Shown here piece by piece: positions 46,322-58,422 of a stretch of DNA of 64,000 nucleotides (positions are counted from its first letter, which is position 1; each line of letters begins with the position of its first letter). The DNA comes from an uncultured bacterium. Lineage in GTDB: Bacteria; Desulfobacterota_D; UBA1144; Nemesobacterales; UBA2774. Where the stretch lies: NCBI GenBank assembly GCA_963705505.1, contig CAVPJU010000010.1, forward strand, positions 256,001-320,000, read 5' to 3'. The translations under genes and the position numbers were made by a program. A model generated the notes under the pieces. It was given only the letters and a program-made list of their open reading frames with translations, was not told the DNA's origin and made no database searches.

Positions 46322-48268
46322 TTACTTGGAAGGTATGTCTATGCCGAAAGACTTTATTTTCGAATTGAGCGTTGACGTCGGTATGCCGAGAATTGCGGCG
46401 GCACCATTTTTACCGGCTACTTTCCAATCGGCTTTTTCAAGGGCGCGCACAATATTTTTTCTTTCCAGCTCTTTCAATTCCCTGTCGGAAAGCACCTGAG
46501 CTCCGTCATCCGCCGGACCCGGGTCCAAGCCGGTTACTATATTATCACGGGAGGCGGGCAGAGCCCTTTCGAGATTCAACCTGCCGTCAGTTGCGGTTAT
46601 CACCGCACGCTCAATTACATTTTGAAGCTCTCTAATATTTCCGGGCCAGGAATACGATTCGAGACGTCCGATGTCTTCTTCGGTGAGCGGGTTCAGGGCG
46701 ATCCCGTTTCTCTTTGTATATATGTCCATGAATGCGTATGCCAGTTTCTCTATATCCCCGGCGCGCTCCCTGAGAGGGGGAAGCTCGATCTGAAATACGT
46801 TGAGCCTGTAGTAGAGGTCTTCCCTGAACCTGCCCTCCCTGACCTCTTTTAACAGATCCCGGTTCGTCGCGGCTATAACCCGGACATTTACTTTAACGGT
46901 CCTGGAGCTGCCGACGGGCTCGAACTCGCCTTCCTGAAGCACGCGCAGGAGCTTGGACTGCAGGTCTATGGAAAGCTCGCCTATCTCGTCGAGGAAAATC
47001 GTTCCTCCGTCGGCGATGGAGAAACGTCCCTCTCTCTTGTTCGTAGCTCCGGTGAAAGCGCCGCGCTCGTGACCGAAGAATTCGCTCTCGATGAGGTTAG
47101 AGGGTATTGCCGGGCAGTTCACCTTTACGAACGGCTTGTCCGAGCGGCGGCCGGATGAGTGGATAGACCTTGCCACAAGCTCCTTTCCCGTCCCCGTTTC
47201 GCCGAGGATCAAAACAGTCGCTTCGGTGCCAGCGACTCTCTTCACGTCTTCGAGGACCCTACGCAGAGGCTCGCTGTCACCGATTATGCCCTCTGATTCC
47301 GTGAGGGATTTCAACTCCTCTTTCAAATATTCCGATTCCAGCGTCAGAGACCTGATTTTCTTCTCCGCAAGGAGCCTCTCGTTCACGTTTCGCAAAATCA
47401 GCGTGTAGAAACGTTCGTTTCCCATATCGAAACCGGACAGTGTCGCTTCGACGGGGAATTCATCTCCGTTTTCGTTTACCGCCCGGAGACCCTCGGGTAT
47501 CCAGATGAATTTTTCCCCCTCGGGTTTTGCGTCCAGGAACTCAGAGAGCCGGACGAGCTTCCCGCTGCTTTCTTTGGTGAGCATAATGTTGAACAGCCTG
47601 CCCAGCACTTTGTCACTTCCGTAGCCGAACAACCTTGACGCCGCGGGATTAAGCCTCGTGACTTTAAGGTCCTTATCGAACTCGATTATCCCGTCCATAG
47701 CGCTGTCGAAAAGCCTTCTCAGCTTTTCTTCTCTCTCGAGAATTTCTTTTTCAGCGCGCAGCCGCTGCATTTCGGCAGTCCCGCGATTTGCGAAGATCCT
47801 GAATACATTGAAGACCTGCAGGTCTTCAGGAATGGGGTCCTTGTCAAGCACCGATATATGTCCTAATATCTTCCCGTCCACATCCACGAACGGATAGCCT
47901 AGATAACTGACTATTCCTTCTTTGGGAAAATCCTTCAGGTCCGGGTTACCTTTATACTTACTGAAGAGCCTCTCACGAACGTGCACAAGACGCTTTTCAC
48001 GAACCACCATCTCACACGCAGTGCCTGCGACTGCGTAGTCGAACTCTTTCAGACGTTGATTCCCCATTATACAGGCTATGGATCTGAGTCGTCCTTCTTC
48101 CTCAAGATACTCGGTAACCATAGCGCCATGGGTGTTGAGCACTTTTGAAAGGTTTTCAACCAGTGAACCAAAAAAGCTCCGCCCGGTTTGAGATGAAGTA
48201 CCCTCCAGAATGGCTCTGATCGCCTCGTTTTCCTGTACACCCCTGAAAGGGACTCTGTCTTTATCCAC
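46322..48268 (-). CDS. Sigma-54 enhancer-binding protein (GAF-PAS-AAA+-HTH, FhlA-like)
   Basis: GETGTGKE, GAFTGA, FLDEIGE, FREDLYYRLNV, WPGNIREL, C-terminal HTH. Confidence 0.95.
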   Translation of the reverse strand: MDKDRVPFRGVQENEAIRAILEGTSSQTGRSFFGSLVENLSKVLNTHGAMVTEYLEEEGRLRSIACIMGNQRLKEFDYAVAGTACEMVVREKRLVHVRERLFSKYKGNPDLKDFPKEGIVSYLGYPFVDVDGKILGHISVLDKDPIPEDLQVFNVFRIFANRGTAEMQRLRAEKEILEREEKLRRLFDSAMDGIIEFDKDLKVTRLNPAASRLFGYGSDKVLGRLFNIMLTKESSGKLVRLSEFLDAKPEGEKFIWIPEGLRAVNENGDEFPVEATLSGFDMGNERFYTLILRNVNERLLAEKKIRSLTLESEYLKEELKSLTESEGIIGDSEPLRRVLEDVKRVAGTEATVLILGETGTGKELVARSIHSSGRRSDKPFVKVNCPAIPSNLIESEFFGHERGAFTGATNKREGRFSIADGGTIFLDEIGELSIDLQSKLLRVLQEGEFEPVGSSRTVKVNVRVIAATNRDLLKEVREGRFREDLYYRLNVFQIELPPLRERAGDIEKLAYAFMDIYTKRNGIALNPLTEEDIGRLESYSWPGNIRELQNVIERAVITATDGRLNLERALPASRDNIVTGLDPGPADDGAQVLSDRELKELERKNIVRALEKADWKVAGKNGAAAILGIPTSTLNSKIKSFGIDIPSK

Positions 48269-48371
48269 TATCTATTGATTATAGAATTTTATTGGTATTA
48301 TTCAATAACGGATGCATATTCATAACCCGTTTGGGGATGGAGGCGGGATTAATTTCAGCCCGGTTAATCCG

Positions 48372-49044
48372 TCATAGGCCTTCTATCTCTTTCCTCATGC
48401 GCTCCATGGTCTCGGAGTAGCTCGGCGACTGGAATATGCCCGAGCCTGAGACTATGACGTCCGCCCCGGCTTCGGCGATAAGCCTGATATTATCGAGCTT
48501 TATCCCCCCGTCGACCTCTATGAGCGGCTTATGCTCGGAGCGGTCTACAATCTCCCTGAGCCTCTTCACCTTGGGCACCATGGAATGTATAAACTTCTGC
48601 CCCGGGAACCCGGGCTCTACGGTCATCACGAGGATCATGTCAGCATAATCGAATACCTCTTCGAGCACGAATAAAGGCGTTGTCGGATTTATGGCGACCC
48701 CCGCACTCACGCCCCTCGATTTGATCCTGGAGACGGTGCTGTAAAGGAGCTTGCAGGTCTCGTATTGAACCGTAATACCGAGAACGGCGTCCCCGCCCGC
48801 ATCTATGAACTTCTCCGCAAACTCGTCGGGGTTGTCTATCATAAGGTGAATGTCCATCGGAGGGGGGTCCGTCTTGCCTGAGCGCTTCGACTACCGGTAT
48901 CCCTATGCTTATATTGGGGACGAAGTGACCGTCCATGACATCGACGTGTATCCAGTCCGCACCCGCCTCTTTTATAGCCCTTACCTCCTCCCCAAGCCTG
49001 GTGAAATCAGCCGATAGTATCGAAGGCACAATTAATTTCTTCAT
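48372..49044 (-). CDS. rpe: Ribulose-phosphate 3-epimerase, frameshift near 48875
   Basis: [37 protein letters not shown]. Confidence 0.93.
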
Positions 49045-49186
49045 TTGTCCGTTTCCTTTCCGCGGAGTAATTTAATAATAAATTCAGGGAACGCATTATA
49101 CCATGCCCCGCCCCCCCATCAAAAAAGAGGGACATATGTCTCTTTTGCTCGTCGCGCCCGCACCCACGCATGTCAGGGCGGCTTTC

Positions 49187-49215
49187 TTGACAGAGACCTG
49201 AAAACTATTTACCAT
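49187..49215 (+). promoter_or_regulatory. Sigma-70-type promoter upstream of metK
   Basis: TTGACA-17 nt-TACCAT. Confidence 0.55.
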
Positions 49216-49261
49216 ATCGGCTTTTGTTAAACAATTTCCATTCTTCAACAAGGACTTAAAT

Positions 49262-50422
49262 ATGCCTCTGAGAAACTTTATTTTTACCTCGGAATCGGTA
49301 ACCGAGGGACACCCGGACAAGATGGCGGACCAGATATCGGACGCCGTGCTCGACGCCATGATCGAGGGGGACCCGCACAGCAGGGTAGCCTGCGAGACGC
49401 TACTCACGACGGGGCTCGTCGTAATCGCGGGGGAAATAACCGCAAATACCATCGTCGATATATCCAACATAGTGAGGAACACGATCACAGAGATCGGATA
49501 TACGGACAGCTCGATGGGATTCGACTCGAGCACATGCGGACTGATAATCGCGGTAGACAAGCAGTCGCCCGACATAGCCATGGGGGTCAACTCAAGCGCT
49601 GAAAGGGAGCAGGGAGCAGGCGACCAGGGCCTTATGTTCGGTTACGCCACGAACGAGACCCCAGAATTCATGCCCTCCCCCATCGTATTCGCGCACAAGC
49701 TCGCCAAGAGACTCACGGACGCGAGGAAGGACGGTATCCTCCCTTTCCTGAGACCGGACGGAAAAACTCAGGTGACTGTCCGTTACGAGAACAACGTCCC
49801 CGTGGGAATAGACGCGATAGTGGTTTCATCCCAGCATTCGGCGGACGTCGATAACAAGACGATACACGAGGGCATAATCGAGGAAGTAATTAAAAACTGC
49901 ATAAACGAAGAATTCCTATCCGAAAAAACCAAGATATACATAAACCCGACGGGAAGGTTCGTCACCGGGGGGCCCATGGGGGATTCGGGGCTGACGGGGC
50001 GGAAGATAATCATCGATACCTACGGAGGCTGGGCCAGGCACGGAGGGGGAGCCTTTTCCGGCAAAGACCCGTCTAAAGTAGACAGGAGCGCCGCCTACAT
50101 GGCGAGATACGTAGCGAAGAACGTCGTCGCAGCCGGCCTCGCGAAGGAGTGCGAGGTACAGCTCGCCTACGCGATCGGGATAGCCGAGCCGGTATCCATT
50201 ATGGTTGAGACGTTCGGCACGTCCGTCGTTCCCGAGGAGAAGATATCGGATGCCATAAGAGAGGTATTCGACCTGTGCCCGTCGGCAATCATAAGCACTC
50301 TCGATCTCCTGAGGCCCATATACAGGGAAACAGCCGCTTACGGTCATTTCGGAAGATTCGGCTCCGGATTCACCTGGGAAAAGACAGACAGGGTGAATGA
50401 CCTGCTGAAAGCCGTCTGCTGA
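49262..50422 (+). CDS. metK: S-adenosylmethionine synthetase
   Basis: [25 protein letters not shown]. Confidence 0.98.
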   Translation: MPLRNFIFTSESVTEGHPDKMADQISDAVLDAMIEGDPHSRVACETLLTTGLVVIAGEITANTIVDISNIVRNTITEIGYTDSSMGFDSSTCGLIIAVDKQSPDIAMGVNSSAEREQGAGDQGLMFGYATNETPEFMPSPIVFAHKLAKRLTDARKDGILPFLRPDGKTQVTVRYENNVPVGIDAIVVSSQHSADVDNKTIHEGIIEEVIKNCINEEFLSEKTKIYINPTGRFVTGGPMGDSGLTGRKIIIDTYGGWARHGGGAFSGKDPSKVDRSAAYMARYVAKNVVAAGLAKECEVQLAYAIGIAEPVSIMVETFGTSVVPEEKISDAIREVFDLCPSAIISTLDLLRPIYRETAAYGHFGRFGSGFTWEKTDRVNDLLKAVC

Positions 50423-51724
<1,302 letters not shown>

Positions 51725-51737
51725 TGTTGTAAAATGT

Positions 51738-52631
51738 TTGAGCATGGACGTCCTCCTCGACTCCTTTCTTTCCTACCTCGCCGTTGAAAAAGGGCTTTCG
51801 GAAAACACACTCGAATCCTACGGAAGGGACGTGAGGAAATTCGTCCGCTACATCGAAGAAAACGGCCCCGCTTCGGCAGACGATATAAGGTACAGCCACA
51901 TACTCGATTACTTGTCACATTTCAAAGACCGGGGTTTAAACGCGACGACCCTGGTAAGAAGCATCGTTTCCCTAAAACAGTTCTTCAAGTACCTCCTGAT
52001 GGAGAAGATAATCCGGGAGGACCCCGCTGCGCACATACGCACGCCTAAAATGAAAAAGGGGATTCCGGGCGTCATCACTCTTGACGAAGTGGAGAGAATA
52101 CTCGGCGCTCCCGACGAATCGATACCCGAGGGACTGAGGGACTCCGCGATGCTGGAGGTGCTTTACGCAACGGGCACCAGGGTGTCGGAGCTGATCGGGT
52201 TAAAGCTCAACGACGTGAACTTCGAGCTCGGCTTCGTCGTCGTCTACGGTAAGGGCTCCAAGGAAAGAATCGTCCCCATGGGGGATAAGGCGAGGAATAA
52301 ACTCCTCGAGTACCTGGGGTCATCGAGACCGGCTCTCTTAAAATCGCGGGACGCGAAAGCGCTCTTCGTAACCCGGCTGGGAAAGGGAATGACGCGCCAG
52401 GGTTTCTGGAAGATAATAAAGCACCATGCGCTTAAAGCGGGCATAGCGAAGAAAATCAGCCCGCACACCTTGAGGCACTCCTTCGCGACGCACTTACTCG
52501 AAAGGGGCGCAGACCTCAGGACGATACAATTAATGCTCGGACATTCGGACATATCCACGACGCAGATATACACCCATGTCGAGAGCGAAAGGCTCAAGGT
52601 GATTCACAAAAAATATCACCCCAGATCGTAA
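51738..52631 (+). CDS. xerD: Tyrosine recombinase XerD
   Basis: LYATGTRVSEL, GKGSKER, TRQGFW, HTLRHSFATH, LGH, TQIYTHV, HPR. Confidence 0.93.
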   Translation: MSMDVLLDSFLSYLAVEKGLSENTLESYGRDVRKFVRYIEENGPASADDIRYSHILDYLSHFKDRGLNATTLVRSIVSLKQFFKYLLMEKIIREDPAAHIRTPKMKKGIPGVITLDEVERILGAPDESIPEGLRDSAMLEVLYATGTRVSELIGLKLNDVNFELGFVVVYGKGSKERIVPMGDKARNKLLEYLGSSRPALLKSRDAKALFVTRLGKGMTRQGFWKIIKHHALKAGIAKKISPHTLRHSFATHLLERGADLRTIQLMLGHSDISTTQIYTHVESERLKVIHKKYHPRS

Positions 52632-52686
52632 AGTCTCCGCAATTCGAGTATATTACTAAGAAAAACGGAGATTTATAACAACCGAT

Positions 52687-53373
52687 ATGAGCTTCGATTT
52701 CCTCAAAAACATAGACTTCATTTTAATCCAGGCCCCCGTGATACTGCTTTCGCTGACGGTTCACGAATATTTCCACGGGTGGACGGCGAACAAGCTCGGG
52801 GACCCGACGGCGAAACTCCGCGGGAGACTCACGCTCAACCCGATAGCGCACCTCGATATATTCGGGACCATTCTCATGTTCCTCGTAGGCTTCGGCTGGG
52901 CAAAACCCGTCCCGATCGACGCGCGTAACTTCAAAAACCCCAAAAAGGACACGATCCTCGTAGCTATGGCGGGACCGCTCTCGAATTTAGCCATGGCCAT
53001 AGTAGCAGGGGTGCTTCTGAGATACATGATCCCCCAAGTGATGGCGGGAGAAATTAAGTCCCATAATATTTATTCCATTGTCACGATCATTCTCATACTC
53101 GTCCTCGTTTACGGGATCGCGCTTGCGGTATTCAATATGATACCGATCCCCCCTCTTGACGGCTCGAGGGTGCTCTACGGAATCCTGCCGAATAAATACG
53201 CCTATGCGTACAGCAGGTTCGAGCCTTACGGTGTGCTTTTACTATTCGCACTATTCATATTCGGGAGAGGCATCTTCCACTATCTGCTCTATCCCGTCTC
53301 CTATCTGACAGTTGCGTTTTCAGGATACAATTACGGCAATCTTTGGGATATAATAGGGATGTTGCTGAGATGA
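52687..53373 (+). CDS. Site-2 protease (M50 family)
   Basis: HEYFH, AGPLSN, NMIPIPPLDG. Confidence 0.92.
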   Translation: MSFDFLKNIDFILIQAPVILLSLTVHEYFHGWTANKLGDPTAKLRGRLTLNPIAHLDIFGTILMFLVGFGWAKPVPIDARNFKNPKKDTILVAMAGPLSNLAMAIVAGVLLRYMIPQVMAGEIKSHNIYSIVTIILILVLVYGIALAVFNMIPIPPLDGSRVLYGILPNKYAYAYSRFEPYGVLLLFALFIFGRGIFHYLLYPVSYLTVAFSGYNYGNLWDIIGMLLR

Positions 53374-54143
53374 ACGAAAACACGCATGAAGCGGAAGCCC
53401 TTCAGCCCCATGAGCCGTGCCTCGTCAAGACACAGATGTTCGAGGGTCCGCTCGACCTCTTGCTCCACCTGATAAAAAAGAATGAAGTCGATATATACGA
53501 TATACCGATCGCCGTCATAACCGAGCAGTATATCGAGTACCTCGAGCTCATGAAGGAGCTAAACCTTCAGGTCGTGGGCGAATACCTCGTTATAGCCGCA
53601 GAGCTGAGCCTCATAAAGTCGAGGATGCTCCTGCCCAAGCCTGTGATAGAGGAAGACGAGGCGGACCCGCGCGCAGAGCTCGTGAGGAGGCTCATAGAGT
53701 ACCAGCGGTACAGGGACGCTGTCTCCGAACTACTCGAAAGGGAGATCCTCGGGAGGGACGTTTTCAAGAGGGAATACGATATCTCCATATACGATACCGA
53801 GGAAGAGGTCGAGCTCGTTCCCGTCGACCTGTGGTCGCTCATTGAAACGTTCCGCGATTTTTACAGGAGGAGGAGCTACCTCTGGGCGGAGCAGATAGTA
53901 TACGAAGTCGAAAGCGTAACGATCGAGGAAAAAATAGTACAGGTCCTCGAAAGACTCAAAGTAAAGGCGATGATTTCATTCGAGGAGTTCCTGGAAGGGT
54001 GCTCATCGAAATTCGACCTCGTCGTGACGTTCCTGGCCCTTCTCGAGCTCGCCAGGACGGAAAACATCCGTGTGGTGCAGGAATCCCACGGCTCGCCGAT
54101 TCTGATCTCATATTCGGGAGAAAGCAATATTGGAACCTACTGA
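53370..54143 (+). CDS. scpA: Segregation and condensation protein A
   Basis: FEGPLDLLLHLI, KSRMLLP, TFLALLEL. Confidence 0.94.
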   Translation: MNENTHEAEALQPHEPCLVKTQMFEGPLDLLLHLIKKNEVDIYDIPIAVITEQYIEYLELMKELNLQVVGEYLVIAAELSLIKSRMLLPKPVIEEDEADPRAELVRRLIEYQRYRDAVSELLEREILGRDVFKREYDISIYDTEEEVELVPVDLWSLIETFRDFYRRRSYLWAEQIVYEVESVTIEEKIVQVLERLKVKAMISFEEFLEGCSSKFDLVVTFLALLELARTENIRVVQESHGSPILISYSGESNIGTY

Positions 54144-54702
54144 TATAAAAAAGGCCATAGAATGCATAATCTTCATATCCGACCTGCCCGTCTCTACCGA
54201 TAAGCTGCAGCAGGTGTTCACGGAGCTTGAAAGAGCGGACATCAAAAAGTATTTAAAGGAGCTCGCCCAGGACTGGAGCGCTCTCGGGAGGGGAATAGTC
54301 CTGGAAGAGGTGGCGGGAGGATACCAGTTCAGGACAGACCCCGCTTACAGCGAGTACGTAACGAATTTCAACAAGCGGGTTAAGAAGTTCCGCCTGAGCC
54401 GCGCGGCGCTCGAAGTGATAGCGATTATCGCCTATAAGCAGCCCGTAACGAGGGTCGAGGTCGAAAGCATAAGGGGTGTGGATTCGTCGGGCGTCATAAA
54501 TGCGCTCCTCGAGAGGAGGATACTCGAGATAAAGGGGAGGAAGGAAGTAATCGGGAAGCCTTTCCTTTACGGCACGACCGCCGAGTTCCTCGAGGTGTTC
54601 GGGTTAAAAACACTCTCTGACCTTCCGACGCTAAAAGAGATAGACGAGATAAGCAAGAACCTCGATCCCGGAATCTCGAGCCTGCCCGAAGAATTGTCGT
54701 AA
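54130..54702 (+). CDS. scpB: Segregation and condensation protein B
   Basis: VAGGYQFRT, LSRAALE, IAYKQPVTR, YGTT..FL..FGL..L..LP. Confidence 0.94.
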   Translation: MEPTDIKKAIECIIFISDLPVSTDKLQQVFTELERADIKKYLKELAQDWSALGRGIVLEEVAGGYQFRTDPAYSEYVTNFNKRVKKFRLSRAALEVIAIIAYKQPVTRVEVESIRGVDSSGVINALLERRILEIKGRKEVIGKPFLYGTTAEFLEVFGLKTLSDLPTLKEIDEISKNLDPGISSLPEELS

Positions 54703-54743
54703 GACTCCCCGTTAACCGTTGCAAGATAAGAGGCCGGAGCAAG

Positions 54744-55490
54744 ATGAGCTCTCAAGAAATATTTGAAGAGGCAAGAAGTTATTTCGGAGAGGCCGGTTTC
54801 AACCTCTTCGTCAAAATTAAATCGGAGGAGTACGACAGGGTGTCGGCCGGTAAAAAGAGCTCCTCTGATTTCGTCAGAGGGGCGAAATCGATATTACTCT
54901 CCGGATTCGCCGGCAAAACTTTCTGGCCCGTCTTTAACCGTTTCCTCACCGACAACCCGGACTTTAAAGAAAAACACGAAGACCTCATAGACAGCTACAC
55001 GACATTAAAATTCAGCCATGTGTCGGAAATACTGGGAGCGGAGAGAGGCATAAGCTATAAAGCCGTATTCCCGTTCGGGAGCGGCGCGCTGGATATGGAC
55101 TTCGTAAATCTCGGGATGCTGGGGGGTGTCGGGGTGCCGAGCCTTTTGGGCATACTGCTCAATCCCGAATACGGCACGTGGATCTCACTCAGGGGCGCTC
55201 TTATAACCAATCTGGAATTCGAGGAGTATGACGAACCGCTCGTCACGTTTGAGCCCTGCCCTGCTTGTCCGAAGCCGTGTATAACTGCGTGCCCCGCCCA
55301 TACGGTGTCCGATAGAGGCTGGGACTGGGAATCGTGCATGAGGTTCAGGATAAGCTCGGAAACCTGTTCGGGGAGATGCGCGTCGCGGCTCGCATGCCCT
55401 TACGGGAAAGAACATGCGTATACGGGAGGGCAGATCGCTTATCACCACGGCTTCGTTTTAAAAAGCGTGAAGGATTATTTCAGAAAGTGA
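54744..55490 (+). CDS. QueG-like Fe-S protein
   Basis: PEYGTWISLRGAL; CPACPKPCITACP; WESC...C...C...ACP. Confidence 0.65.
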   Translation: MSSQEIFEEARSYFGEAGFNLFVKIKSEEYDRVSAGKKSSSDFVRGAKSILLSGFAGKTFWPVFNRFLTDNPDFKEKHEDLIDSYTTLKFSHVSEILGAERGISYKAVFPFGSGALDMDFVNLGMLGGVGVPSLLGILLNPEYGTWISLRGALITNLEFEEYDEPLVTFEPCPACPKPCITACPAHTVSDRGWDWESCMRFRISSETCSGRCASRLACPYGKEHAYTGGQIAYHHGFVLKSVKDYFRK

Positions 55491-55628
55491 GGAGATGATA
55501 ATTTATAGCAATTTCAGGGCGGCGAATGGATAAAGAGGCAAAAGCTGTTATATTATCAAAGTTATTTTATAAGTAAGATAGATTATGCAATAGCGGAATT
55601 AGAATACCCCCGAATTAATCCAGGAATC

Positions 55629-57014
55629 ATGAGCAGAGTCAGAAAACATACCCAACCACGGAGTAAACCGCTCGTAGCCATTATAGGCAGGCCGAACGTC
55701 GGCAAATCGACGCTCTTTAACAGGCTGATAAGGCAGAGAAAGTCCATAGTCGAAGACGTCCCCGGCGTTACCAGGGACAGAATTTATGCGGATACGGACT
55801 GGGACGGCTTTGAATTCAGCCTGGTCGATACGGGGGGATTCGATCCGGACGACGAGGAAATATACCCGTCCCTCATAAAGAACCAGATCCGTATCGCTAT
55901 AGACGAAGCCGAGCTAATACTCTTCGTGCTTGACGGAAAAGAGGGAGTAATGCCACACGACAGGGACGTCGTGAGCATGCTGAGGAAGGTTAAAAAGCCG
56001 GTCATCTTCGTCGTAAACAAGATCGACGATAAAAAGCACGAGCCGAGGGCGCTCGATTTCCACTCGCTCGGCATCGACGACTATATAGACGTATCGGCGC
56101 TCCAGGGCAGGAAAATCAACGAGCTCCTCGACACGATCGTTGAACACCTGCCTGAGCAGACGGAAAAAGAAGGAGAGGAAGTAGAGGAAGGCATTATTAA
56201 AATCGCTGTCCTCGGAAAGCCGAACGTCGGCAAATCCACTCTCGTAAATAAATTCCTCGGGGAGGAAAGATTGATCACGAGCCCCGTTCCCGGGACGACG
56301 AGGGACTCCATAGACACGTATATTGCGAAGAACGGGAAAAACTATCTCCTCATAGACACGGCCGGCATCCGAAGGAAATCAAAAATCACTTTTGCCGTCG
56401 AAAGACACAGCGTGTTCAGGGCGATAAGGTCGATGGAGAGGGCCGATATCGCGCTCCTGATGATAGACGCCGAAGAGGGACCGACGCACCAGGACGCACG
56501 GCTCGCGGAGCTGATAAGCGACAAAGGCAGAGCTTGCATTATACTCCTCAATAAGTGGGACCTCGTGCCGCAAGAAGTAGCTGAAACTCCCGACATTGAA
56601 GGCGCACTGAAAGAAAAACTCCTTGCCGTCGACTACGCCCCCGTGATGATAATTTCCGCTCTTACGGGGAGAGGAGTCGATAAAATATTTGAGAAGGTAG
56701 ATACGGTTTACGAAAATTTCTCCCGCAGGATCCCGACAAAAAGACTTAATTACTTCCTCCAGAGAATAATAAAAAAAACGCCGCCCCCCGTATACAAGGG
56801 AAAAGATATCAAGTTCTATTACATATCCCAGCCGCTGACCGAACAGCCCACGTTCGTTATTTTCACAAACGAGATAAAGGGCGTGCCTGAAAATTACAAG
56901 AGATTTCTCGAGAGCAGGATGAGAGAGGAGTTTCAGCTCGAAGGAACCCCTGTCAAAATACTTTTCAGATCGGAAAGAAAAAAAGACAAGACGATCGAAG
57001 GACGGTCAATGTAG
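55629..57014 (+). CDS. der: Ribosome biogenesis GTPase Der
   Basis: Two GTPase domains (GRPNVGKS, GKPNVGKS) plus KH-like tail. Confidence 0.97.
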   Translation: MSRVRKHTQPRSKPLVAIIGRPNVGKSTLFNRLIRQRKSIVEDVPGVTRDRIYADTDWDGFEFSLVDTGGFDPDDEEIYPSLIKNQIRIAIDEAELILFVLDGKEGVMPHDRDVVSMLRKVKKPVIFVVNKIDDKKHEPRALDFHSLGIDDYIDVSALQGRKINELLDTIVEHLPEQTEKEGEEVEEGIIKIAVLGKPNVGKSTLVNKFLGEERLITSPVPGTTRDSIDTYIAKNGKNYLLIDTAGIRRKSKITFAVERHSVFRAIRSMERADIALLMIDAEEGPTHQDARLAELISDKGRACIILLNKWDLVPQEVAETPDIEGALKEKLLAVDYAPVMIISALTGRGVDKIFEKVDTVYENFSRRIPTKRLNYFLQRIIKKTPPPVYKGKDIKFYYISQPLTEQPTFVIFTNEIKGVPENYKRFLESRMREEFQLEGTPVKILFRSERKKDKTIEGRSM

Positions 57015-57022
57015 GTTTGAAG

Positions 57023-58288
57023 CTATGCCTGCTTCCGGCAGACTTCGAGGATATTTCTTTCTATATCCCCGGCGACTGCTCCGGCTGAAAATTTTTCCTT
57101 TACCCGCTCCCTCCCCATCATCCCCATAGACCTCCTGACATCCGAGTCCCCTATGAGCCTTAAAATCGCCTTCGCCATATTTTCTATATCGCCCGGCTCG
57201 CTCAGGATTCCGGTAACCCCGTCCTCCACAGACTCGACGATGCCCCCTACCCTGAACCCGATTACGGGCAGCTCAAACGACATCGCCTCGATAACGGAGC
57301 GCGGGAAAGGGTCGGGATAATTAGAAGGTATAACGAATATATCGAAATCCTTAAGACAGGGCCTGACGTCTTTCCTAAAGCCGGTAAAAATGAAGTATTC
57401 ATCGAGCCCCTCTTCAGTGACCAGTCTCTTTAGATTGCCCATGTGGTCGTCCTGAAAAAAATACGGGGTATCCCCCACGATGACGAACCTCACGCTCTTA
57501 CGCTTTTCTCCGAGCTCATTAAGCGCAACGGCCGCCGCCTCTATAAACAGCTCATAGCCCTTCCTCGGCACTATCCTTCCTGTGCTCCCGACGATCACCG
57601 TGTCGCCGGCCAGACCGTAGGCCGACCTGATCTCCCCCTTTGTCGTCTCAGGGTCGTAATCCCCTACGTCGATCCCGTTATGTATGACTACCACCTTGTC
57701 TCTCCCGTGGCGGAACTGATCCGCAGTCGCGCCGGATACGCATATTATCCTTCTGACGACGGGAAGCCCGGCAAGGGTATTTATCAGAGAGCCGAGGAGC
57801 CTCGTCTGCTGAATATTCCTCACATGCCAGATGACAGGACACCGGTTAATAAGGCCCATAAGAGCCCCCACGATTTTAGCCTGGGTGCCGTTACAGTATA
57901 TGACATCGATCTTCTTCCGCCTTATCAGAAACGGCGAGGTAATCACCAGCGAAAACAGGTCGAGTATGTTGAGTAATACAGATAATAAATGCAGCCACTT
58001 GTTATAATAATATGAAAATTCCCCGTCATCGCCGCCCCCGTTAACTGTCTGAAAACGCGGCCTTTTGAGGTTCTCCGGGAACCTCTTGTCGGTAATTACG
58101 TTCTCGTATATGCCTTGAGCCCTGAGCCAGTCGGAAAAAACATCGTCCTTCGGGATCAGCACGTAGGGAGTGAGCTTAGTCCTGTCGAGGAACTTGAGTA
58201 TATAAAAAAGGCTTTTACCGGGTCCCCCGTCCCGTATAGAGTGGTTAATGAAAAGCACGCGCGGCAAAGAATCCATATCCATTCCCAT
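57023..58288 (-). CDS. Glycosyltransferase family 4
   Basis: GRIVPRKG, DPFPRSVIEAM, GGIVESV.DG.TG. Confidence 0.9.
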   Translation of the reverse strand: MGMDMDSLPRVLFINHSIRDGGPGKSLFYILKFLDRTKLTPYVLIPKDDVFSDWLRAQGIYENVITDKRFPENLKRPRFQTVNGGGDDGEFSYYYNKWLHLLSVLLNILDLFSLVITSPFLIRRKKIDVIYCNGTQAKIVGALMGLINRCPVIWHVRNIQQTRLLGSLINTLAGLPVVRRIICVSGATADQFRHGRDKVVVIHNGIDVGDYDPETTKGEIRSAYGLAGDTVIVGSTGRIVPRKGYELFIEAAAVALNELGEKRKSVRFVIVGDTPYFFQDDHMGNLKRLVTEEGLDEYFIFTGFRKDVRPCLKDFDIFVIPSNYPDPFPRSVIEAMSFELPVIGFRVGGIVESVEDGVTGILSEPGDIENMAKAILRLIGDSDVRRSMGMMGRERVKEKFSAGAVAGDIERNILEVCRKQA

Positions 58289-58422
58289 TTTTTGAGCTAT
58301 GCAATCGTACCATGATAAATATTAACAGGCTAATCACGGCAGATTAATGAAAATCCGTGAGCCGTGGGTATAATATTTAATTAAAGCGCTGGTAATCATT
58401 TGACGAGGAAAAGGGAGGATTA

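Noticed and set aside
49045..49261. SAM riboswitch upstream of metK
   Set aside because: No SAM-I or SAM-II consensus visible, and the predicted promoter leaves only about a 40-nt leader
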